31,785 nucleotides of DNA from Paraphysomonas bandaiensis (lineage: Eukaryota; Protista; Chrysophyceae), in assembly GCA_965644295.1 (NCBI GenBank), contig CBFFRP010000326.1, forward strand, positions 1-31,785, written 5' to 3'. The position numbers and the translations under genes were made by a program. A model generated the notes under the pieces. That model was not told the origin of the DNA, ran no database searches, and saw nothing but the letters and a program-made list of their open reading frames with translations. Of this stretch, positions 1 to 7,150 are shown piece after piece (within the stretch, counting starts at the first letter, position 1; the number at the start of each line of letters is the position of its first letter).

Positions 1-729
1 TTCAAATACGACACGTTTAAATATCTTCTTCATTTCCTCACGTTTGTCTTCACATTTTTCTTCACTTTCTTCGTCTTCGCTTTCTTCGTCTTCACTTTCT
101 TCGTCTTCACTTTCCTCGTCTTCTCCTTCACATGACAACGAAAACTTACACTTGTGCTCATTAAAATTACTTTCGTACATTGGTATAAAATAAAAAGACA
201 CTGTCCAATGTGTTTTACCATTATAATTTACAACTTCTTTTTTCAAGGGTTCTAAATTTTCATCATATAAACGAAATCGTATCTTTTTTGGCTCTTTGTC
301 ACCATATACACAAAAGGGTTTATCTCTTACTATGCCTGTGTCAGTTCTAAAGCTGTATGTAGTTGGTTTTTTAGTATTTTTTACTTTACATTTATTATTA
401 TCACATATTGAATATGATCTGTTTCTATCACAATGCGTGCCACAAACAAGAAATTGATTTTCGCAAATATCAATACAATTGCGTTCTGACGCGAAGTTTT
501 CCGCAATGAAATTTAAATTATTACAACCATTGAAAGGAATTGCTGATATATCTAAGCTTTCATAGTTTATATAAAAACCGATGCATTCAACTTCATAGTA
601 ATCACATTCCTGGTAATATGGTAATGGTGGTAATATAATTGTACAATCTTCAGGTGTATCGCCGACTGTGTCAGAATTCATAGATGTAAAATTATAGATA
701 AAAGATTTATTTCTGGGGAATAAATTCAT
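1..729 (-). CDS. Putative minor capsid (penton)-like protein of a Polinton-like virus/virophage; runs off the window start (>=243 aa, not in the ORF track)
   Basis: Manual translation from ATG at 729 is open to base 1: MNLFPRNKSFIYNFTSMNSDTVGDTPEDCTIILPPLPY...PKKIRFRLYDENLEPLKKEVVNYNGKTHWTVSFYFIPMY...EDEESEDEESEDEESEDEESEEKCEDKREEMKKIFKRVVFE. The N-terminal 'IYNFTSMNSD..PEDCTIILP' and C-terminal 'IRFRLYDENL..NG..WTVSFYF' resemble the edge motifs of single jelly-roll pentons of Polintons, PLVs and virophages (by recall). Intronless and AT-rich. Confidence 0.65.
   Translation of the reverse strand, partial: MNLFPRNKSFIYNFTSMNSDTVGDTPEDCTIILPPLPYYQECDYYEVECIGFYINYESLDISAIPFNGCNNLNFIAENFASERNCIDICENQFLVCGTHCDRNRSYSICDNNKCKVKNTKKPTTYSFRTDTGIVRDKPFCVYGDKEPKKIRFRLYDENLEPLKKEVVNYNGKTHWTVSFYFIPMYESNFNEHKCKFSLSCEGEDEESEDEESEDEESEDEESEEKCEDKREEMKKIFKRVVFE
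61..120 (-). repeat. 4 x 15-bp tandem repeat (ttcactttcttcgtc) encoding the acidic (DEESE)n tail of the penton-like ORF
   Basis: Units at 61-75, 76-90, 91-105 and 106-120 read directly. Confidence 0.9.
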
Positions 730-951
730 TATATATAATATGTGTTATATAATAATTTAAAATAAATTAAAGCTTTTTCTTAATTCTTTTTTTCACAGAT
801 GTAGCCTTTTTGTTTATCTTCTTGGCTACTTCTTTCCGCTTGTTCTCTGCGTGCTTTGTTACGTCTTGTTTAGCTTTGTTTACTGTTGCTCTCAAAGCTT
901 TATTAATCAGTTTGTTTACTTGGGCTTGTTTCTTTGGCATTATATATAATA
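727..951 (-). promoter_or_regulatory. Identical 14-bp motif TATTATATATAATG overlapping the start codons of both virus-like ORFs (727-740 and 938-951)
   Basis: The + strand reads cattatatataata at both positions. Confidence 0.6.
767..940 (-). CDS. Small very basic protein (57 aa, MPKKQAQVNKLINKALR...KKRIKKKL); candidate viral DNA-binding/core protein
   Basis: Lys/Arg-rich ORF. The ATG at 940 sits in the same TATTATATATAATG context as the ATG at 729, which favours this start over the 1153 start in the ORF track. Confidence 0.6.
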   Translation of the reverse strand: MPKKQAQVNKLINKALRATVNKAKQDVTKHAENKRKEVAKKINKKATSVKKRIKKKL

Positions 952-1133
952 GGTGTATATATTTTTTTACAGGATAATAGGGAGTAAAATACGGCATGTC
1001 TATATATAGGGTAATTAGGTCTGTTGTTCCGTCTATCTGGTGTGGTTGTTCGGTGTTTAAGTTTGGTTTCTGTCCGTCAATGTAATATATGTAGTGTTGT
1101 ATTATTGTATTTATAGTGTTTTGTGTATTTTGA

Positions 1134-1333
1134 GTGGACATTTTTGTGGACATTTTTTGTTAAATTTTATATTCACAACATTTTTTTTGTGTTTTTTTTA
1201 TATTTTTGTTAAAAATGTCCTTAAAAATGTCCTTCAAAGTGTCCATATATAAGTATATACAGTTACAATATTGTAATAATATATATTTGTATTAAAATAA
1301 TATGTCCTTGAAAGTGTCCTTCAAAGTGTCCAT
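1134..1333. repeat. Array of eight 12-bp units (consensus AAARTGTCCWT): 2 inverted, then 3 + 3 direct
   Basis: gtggacattttt at 1134 and 1146; aaaaatgtcctt at 1211 and 1223; caaagtgtccat at 1235; taatatgtcctt at 1298; gaaagtgtcctt at 1310; caaagtgtccat at 1322. A perfect palindrome TTACAATATTGTAA lies at 1263-1276. Confidence 0.85.
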
Positions 1334-1550
1334 TATTATTGTAAGTGATAAAGAGTAATACCATAGGGGCAATGTTGGTGTATATTAATAGTTTTCATGG
1401 TCACGGTTAACACTGTACAGGGGGTGAAATCCCCCTCTCCTCTCTCTTTTTTTTTTGGAGTTGTGACAAGACCTGACCAAGGCATTAGACCTCTCATTCG
1501 GCACGTAGACCTACTCATGGGGAAGTTTAAGCAGCCTAAGAATTAATTTT

Positions 1551-1852
1551 GGATGAATATGGTGATGTTGACGTCAGCGATGATGGCTCAGAGGATGAGA
1601 ACGAGGTGGATTTTTAGTAGCTATAAGCAGTTGTGGGTTTGGTTGCCATATGATCTTAATGACTAATACTAAAAATAGAATCTACGGATGTGTTTACTTA
1701 CTGATTAGTCATACTAATATATATAGCAATATATTGACAATATATTGCAATATATTGTAATTGTATTGTTGAGCCTGTTTAAAATCTCCATCAATAGTAT
1801 TGTTGGAACGCTATCTATCAATAGTATTGCAATATATTGTTTCCTAGCCCTG
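1551..1852 (+). mobile_element. One-ended fragment of the hAT-type element found intact at 4221-5017
   Basis: Reverse complement of ~4221-4520; ends in the TIR caatatattgtttcctagccctg; carries CAATATATTG subterminal palindromes. Confidence 0.85.
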
Positions 1853-1930
1853 CATGAGTTTCAACGGTTACTCAGTTCAAAGAAAGGTTAAAATTGACCG
1901 CAAGGTTGTTATGTGTGTGTCGAATAAATA

Positions 1931-2110
1931 TATATATATGTTTAGCAATAGGCGTTTAAGAGTCAGAACTAATTTAACATTGCAATTTTACTAACTAGAA
2001 ATACTGCTTCACTCTGATATTCTATTATTGAACGCTACGAAAGCTGCTTGTGCTTCACCGCAAGCACCAAGGTGCAACCACTTACCCAATTACGCTCTAT
2101 CACTCAACAG
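1931..2110 (-). mobile_element. 3' fragment of a related non-LTR retroelement subfamily with a (TA)n tail
   Basis: Contains the conserved core aagctgcttgtgc..cgcaagcaccaaggtgc.accac and ttagcaataggcgtt next to (TA)n. Confidence 0.75.
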
Positions 2111-2365
2111 CATTTTCGAAGGTCTGATTCATAATAATGTCCGCATCCGCACCAAGGTGGTGGCTAGTACTAGGGAATTTCTGAATTAAGCTACTAAAAA
2201 TGAAACCTTTTCGAATTCTCTTCACTCCGCAGTCAAGCGCTCTACTTTAGCACGTGTCATTGCATTATTTGGGATTAATACGTTAACCTCATCCACAAAA
2301 TTGCACCCTCCGAGATCTCCCCTGCCAAAACTCTAAATATCTTTGAAGCATGGTATATATGATAT

Positions 2366-2449
2366 CCCTCAACAAGTCGGACTCGCACCTTTTCGTGGTG
2401 TTCTGGGGGATAAGTACCGGAGAGATTCTCTCTGGGAAACTAACGTGAG
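2366..2449 (+). ncRNA. Candidate HDV-like self-cleaving ribozyme at the 5' end of the retroelement
   Basis: Manual fold: P2 ctcgc(2382-86)/gtgag(2445-49); P3 acc/ggt around a 7-nt loop ttttcgt; P4 ccggagag-att-ctctctgg (2417-35); CTAA at 2440-43 in the J4/2 position. P1 pairs only 5 of 7 (cctcaac/gttctgg) and the P1.1 CC is replaced by TT. Confidence 0.45.
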
Positions 2450-2856
2450 CCGCAAACATAGTCAGCAGATATTCTTCTGCCCACTCATAGCCGAATGCTT
2501 GTGTGGTACAAGGGACACCAATAAGTGTCACTTGTGTAGACGTCTTTGAGTCCTGACGAATAAACAGGCATCCGGGAATGGGCCCACCTCAAGGGTAACC
2601 GGGGTATTGGGCTGCCTGCTGAAGTCAAGCGTCCGGGATGTTCACCTCAAGAACTCAGAGCGGAAGTGGTCGCACCTTGGTGCTTGCGGCGACGCACAAG
2701 CAGCTTCCGTAGCGTTAAATAGTAGGATAAAGAAAGTGTGTACTGATTAGTTACAGGTAGCGGTCTAACTAGTTTGTCTAGCATTCATCTACTAGCTACT
2801 AAGTTGGTGCGGGTTTTTAACGCCTATATTGCTAATAATACGACTTTCAATATATA
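2366..2856 (+). mobile_element. Full-length ~490-bp non-autonomous retroelement (SINE/SIDE-like), copy 1
   Basis: Starts CCCTCAAC and ends gactttcaa(ta)n. Flanked by the direct repeat tatatatgatat (2354-2365 and 2857-2868). Collinear with 21293-21815. The last ~190 bp are shared with the LINE at 5324-6570. Confidence 0.85.
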
Positions 2857-3561
2857 TATATATGATATTTAACCCCTTCGAGTGTCATACTTCATAAAAG
2901 AACACATGGCAAGCCATGTTTCCTCAATGTGCTTGCATTTTTAAAAGTGCGGAGCTATTTGCACAATTTGGTAATGGTATCAACCAAAATCCAGGATAGT
3001 TCTCGCCACAATATTATAAAAGCACAGCTAAGTTCAGTTTTTGTGTAAAGCGCATCTCTTATCAAAGGTACAATTTCGTCAATCTTCAGACCAATTAAGT
3101 CTGGCTAACTTTGGATTCATATGGGTATTGTCTCCAAAGAGAAATTCAATACTCACAAAATTACACCCAACCTGAAGTATCCAGTATTCTGTAGGGCAGG
3201 GTCGGTACGAATATGACTGCCATACTACTTATACGTAATATATATCTTAAAACTAGAAAGTTATTGAGCATTACGTGTACGCATATACGCTATGGATCAA
3301 GCTGAACTTAGTCTTGTAGCTTAATGTCAAGAGGAAAGAGACAGCACCTTTCAGAATGTACGATAATGACCGACATATATATTAAACATAGACGACAATA
3401 TCCGGAGGGAGGCTTTGGTAACAGATAGCAGTGATGTAGCAATGAATAATAGTCAGTAAGAGTGATGGCCATTAATAAGGGAAATAAATAACTATCGTCC
3501 TTAAAGTTTTTCAAGTTCTAATCCTAATAATTATTATGTCCTTATACAAAAGAGTAAATAA

Positions 3562-3642
3562 AATTGCCAATTAATTGCAATTTAATTGTAACCTTTCTGC
3601 GAGCAATTAAATTGCAATTCAATTAATTGTTGCGCAGTCCTG
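3562..3642. mobile_element. Solo terminus of a sister hAT-like family
   Basis: The reverse complement caggactgcgcaacaattaattgaattgcaat aligns with the end at 5017 (cagggctaggaaacaatatattgaattgcaat); CAATTAATTG repeats. Confidence 0.6.
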
Positions 3643-3644
3643 CC

Positions 3645-4038
3645 AAAAAGACGTCTACTACTAAAGCATTCGACTATAAGTAGGCAGAACAATATCTGCT
3701 ATATATAATATATATATATTGAAAGTCGTATTATTAGCAATAGGCGTTAAAAACCTGCACCAACTTAGTAGCTAGTAGATGAATGAATGCTAGACAAACT
3801 AGTTAGACCTCTACCTGTAACTAATCAGTACACACTTTCTTTATCCTACTATTTAACGCTACGGAAGCTGCTTGTGCGTCGCCGCAAGCACCAAGGTGCG
3901 ACCACCTCCGCTCTGAGTTCTTGAGGTGAACATCCCGGATGCTTGACTTCAGCCGGCAGCCCAATACCCCGGTTACCCTTGAGGTGGGCCCTGTCCCGGA
4001 TGCCCTTAAGGTGGGCCCATTCCCGGATGCCCATTCCC
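3645..4038 (-). mobile_element. 5'-truncated copy (3712-4038) of the non-autonomous retroelement plus an adjacent internal fragment (3645-3702)
   Basis: Near-identical reverse complement of ~2567-2856; (TA)n on both sides; extra 27-bp tandem unit (3976-4002 and 4003-4029). Confidence 0.85.
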
Positions 4039-4220
4039 GTGAGTATATATATATATGACTGTAAATTTTGATTGGTTGAAGTTCATTTTAATTAATGTAG
4101 CAAGTTGTAATGAATAGGGAGAATTGGTTTGTCTTGTAAATTTATCAAACAATCAATGCACTGAACTAAAATACTATTGACAAAAAAAAAGTACTCGTAC
4201 GTGCATAGTATATAATATAT

Positions 4221-5017
4221 CAGGGCTAGGAAACAATATATTGCAATACTATTGTTAGATAGTGTTCCATCAATAGTATTGATGGAGATTTTAAACAGGC
4301 TCAACAATACAATTACAATATATTGCAATATATTGTCAATGTATTGCAATATATTAGTATGAGTAATCAGTAAGTAAACACATCCGTAGATTTCATTTTT
4401 AGTGTTAGTCATTAAGATCACATGACAACCAAACCAACTACTGCTTATAGCTAATAAATATCCACCTAGTTCTCATCCTCTGAGCCATCAGCGGTGACGT
4501 CAACATCACCATATCATCCACAAAGTTTATTGAAATATGCTAGTATTCGGCCACAACTGTCGAATTGCTTTCAGAAACAACAACATATTAAGTAGGATGG
4601 ATACTTTAGCGCAACACTGATATAATATGTTTAGCTGCGCTGAACAGACGCTCCCATGTATTGGAAGTACATACCAGGGACTGGTAACCGTTAATGACTC
4701 GTGGATCTGTACGTTTCTTAATTTTTTGAGCTGGCTGAAGATTTTTAGTCGCATAGTCAACATCATCTTCATCATCCTCTGTAAAGTTGTAATCAATTTC
4801 TCGGTTATTTATATCCATTTTGCACCCTACAGTTGAGAATCTTCTCTTATATGACTATCATAATATTGATTGCAATATATTGCAATATATTGTTAGATAT
4901 TTTAACAGAAACAATATTGATGGGATTTTTGGCCGGTCGACCAATCAATATATTTTACAATATATTGCAATATATTGTACAATGTATTGCAATTCAATAT
5001 ATTGTTTCCTAGCCCTG
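4221..5017 (-). mobile_element. Non-autonomous hAT-type DNA transposon (internal deletion derivative) with 23-bp perfect TIRs and a transposase C-terminal remnant
   Basis: TIR cagggctaggaaacaatatattg at 4221-4243 and its reverse complement at 4995-5017. The minus-strand remnant TSNTWERLFSAAKHIIS...LNMLLFLKAIRQLW matches the hAT dimerisation-domain pattern (ERxFS...LxxLLFL). No clear 8-bp TSD. Confidence 0.85.
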
Positions 5018-5323
5018 ATGCATATAATACTTTAGGATTTGGGTTAGGCTGGTCAACATAGATAATCAGAAGTACAAGGAAACAGATGTTACCTGAATAT
5101 TATGTAAAGATGTAAAGTGTGTAGATTAATAATTAAATAAGTATACATATCATTCTAGGGAGAGTGAAGTTTGCAAAGATTACGGTTGTGGTTTACGCCT
5201 AGAGCAAAAGGTTAGAATCAGTGAAATATCACTTCTAACAGAAAGTATCAAGCATAGCCTCCTCAGTTCTAATGACAACTACGGAATTCTGTAAAAATAT
5301 GCAGAGGGTGATTAAACTAAATT

Positions 5324-6570
5324 ATATATATATTGAAAGTCTTATTATTTAGCAGTAGGCGTTAAAAACCTGCACCAATATAGTGGCTAGTTGAATGTTA
5401 GACATACTAGTTAGACCGCTACCCATAACTAATCAGCACAAATTCTATTATCCTACTATTTAGCGCTACAGAAGCTGCTTGTGCTGCGTCGCCGCAAGCA
5501 CCAAGGTGCGACCACTTCAGTTCTTAATGTTGAGTGTGAGTTTCGCCATGATCGTGTGTCCTAGGACTCACTGGCGCGTGTTGTCAGGGGGTCTCCCCTT
5601 GGGATGAGCTAGGTCCTGATTTCTCAGAGTCTCTTGAAGCGCGTTTTTGTGGCTGTGATATGCCGTATCTGAGTCATGGCGTCATTTGTGCAGTCGAGAC
5701 ACATGTGCTTGAGTGAGTCTAGTCGAAATCCGCAGTCAGAACATGCGGCTTTGGACAGGTCGAGCCCGTGTTTGGTTTTAGCCCGGTTTCTCCCAATGCT
5801 GAAAGATTTGTCCCATGTCAATGCTGCATTGAGTACTCTTTGGCGCAGGTGAGGACTATCTTTATCCTTGGATGGACCACTATCTGCTAGTGCCAGTTTG
5901 CGCGGAAGTAGTGCTCCGCTATCTGTCCAATATCAGGGTGCCCAGTCGGGATTGTGTCCGTATCGTTGATCTCTAAGTGCAGTGTAGGCCTCCAGTGTCT
6001 GTTGGCTGCGGAGGGATTGGAAGTCCGTGAGTAGAGGGGGCTTGTATGGTGCGGCCGTCGTCCTTCGGATATGCGCCAGTGCCATAAGCCCGCCGTGAGT
6101 ATTCGCTCAATGGCTTGGTCCACTTCTATGTTGTTGCAGACAGTGTAATTTTGTCATCCCAGTAGTCGGTCAACTTCAAGCCAGTCCTCTCTTGCTATTG
6201 CGTCTGCAATGTAAATGCCTTTGTCTTCTTATGTCCATTCAGATTCATCAGTGGTACGTCGCTCAGGGTGTGATCGGGCCCATGCTACTTTCCTTGTACA
6301 ATCTTTATTTGCCGCAATGCATTCGAGCAGTACATCTTTGGCACGATGTCGTAGGGCCCGACGTCTGGTAGAAAGTGCCTCGTCAGTACGGATGCATACC
6401 ACCTTACAGTCTGGGTTAATCGGTATGTGCGCAGGGAGTCGCGCAGATAGTATAAGTGCCATCGCAGCTCCCATGAGTTCATACGCATACGGGCCAAGTC
6501 CAGGTACGTCTCTGAAGGGTGTCTCTAAACGCAGGATTTTTGTTGTGTCGTTCTCCCTTTCATCCTTAAA
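5324..6570 (-). mobile_element. Decayed, 5'-truncated LINE-like retrotransposon: RNase H, CCHC zinc knuckle and 3' UTR with (TA)n tail
   Basis: RNase H-type motifs AYELMGAAMAL / INPDC / VAWARSHPERR / GIYIADAIA; then WDK..GRNRAK and CSDCGFRLDSLKHMCLDC (Cx2Cx8Hx4C). In-frame stops and a frameshift are present. 5331-5517 matches the 3' end of the short element. Confidence 0.85.
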
Positions 6571-7150
6571 TTAAGAACCTTGTATTATGATTCAGAATCT
6601 AAATTACGAAGCTAAAACATCGTGATGAAATATTATACGTAAACACTGTATATAATATTAAACAATAGTTGACTGAGCACATCTATCTACGTCTAAGATA
6701 TAATTAGTTGCGATTGGTTTTAATACTCTATGTTTCACATTCAATCTGAGAGTTCTACTAATTAGATCAACATCTTCAACATTTTTATTTCCAAGTTGGG
6801 TTCAATTCTTTATTAATCATAATAAAGTACACCAACGGAATAAATTTGCATCCTTGTCAAAAAACATACATACGGTTTGTCAAGCAGACACATGCAAAAC
6901 GTTACTATATCTTCAAAAAAGATAATTTATACATTTATACTTACGGCAATTCATACGCGCATTCAATGAGGGTAGTTCCTTCAAGTATGCACGGACATCA
7001 ACGAATATTTTCGACCTGTTGTCTGAGAGCTACCCGAGGTGGACGTTGACATTTCACAGAATTGTGTAGTCCAGGGTCCAAACAGCGGGCATATGAGCTA
7101 GATTGTGTGGCCTTTGACGTCTAAAGAGAACAATGCTCAGCGGATATCAT

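Larger units (their letters stand above)
1..1447. mobile_element. Probable terminal part of an endogenous Polinton-like virus/virophage-like element
   Basis: Compact, intronless, co-oriented ORFs; visibly more AT-rich than the host genes; penton-like ORF; subterminal 12-bp repeat array; ends near ...ctctcctctctct (1447), similar to the AG...CT microsatellite-like ends of Polintons. The right boundary is uncertain. Confidence 0.55.

Noticed and set aside
30-221. Lys-rich, histone H1-like 63-aa ORF (KVKTKKVKTKK)
   Set aside because: It is an off-frame reading of the 15-bp repeat that encodes the acidic tail of the longer 729-1 ORF on the same strand.
941-1153. N-terminal extension of the 128-aa ORF in the track
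   Set aside because: It starts inside the 12-bp repeat array (MSTKMSTQ) and is low-complexity; the ATG at 940 carries the shared start motif.
1134-1333. CRISPR-like array
   Set aside because: Units are 12 bp and abut each other without unique spacers, orientation is mixed, the context is eukaryotic, and no cas genes are present.
2289-2549. Short ORFs on both strands over the retroelement head (also 3849-4034 and 21329-21523)
   Set aside because: Frames are not conserved between copies, which differ by indels; the region is better explained as structured non-coding RNA.
2553-2559. CTGACGA as a hammerhead ribozyme core
   Set aside because: No stem II followed by GAAA, and the motif is not conserved in copy 2 (ctgacaa).
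2870-3540. Possible coding remnant between the retroelement copies
   Set aside because: No sustained frame or recognisable motif was found by eye; left unassigned.
1551-4520. Nested inverted repeats (1551-1852 / 4221-4520 and 2567-2856 / 3712-4038) as one large element
   Set aside because: The hAT TIRs face inward, so the enclosed DNA lies outside both elements, and retroelement copy 1 has its own TSD. Independent insertions explain the pattern.
4092-5035. ORFs rich in NILQYI
   Set aside because: These are translations of the CAATATATTG subterminal palindromes of the hAT element.
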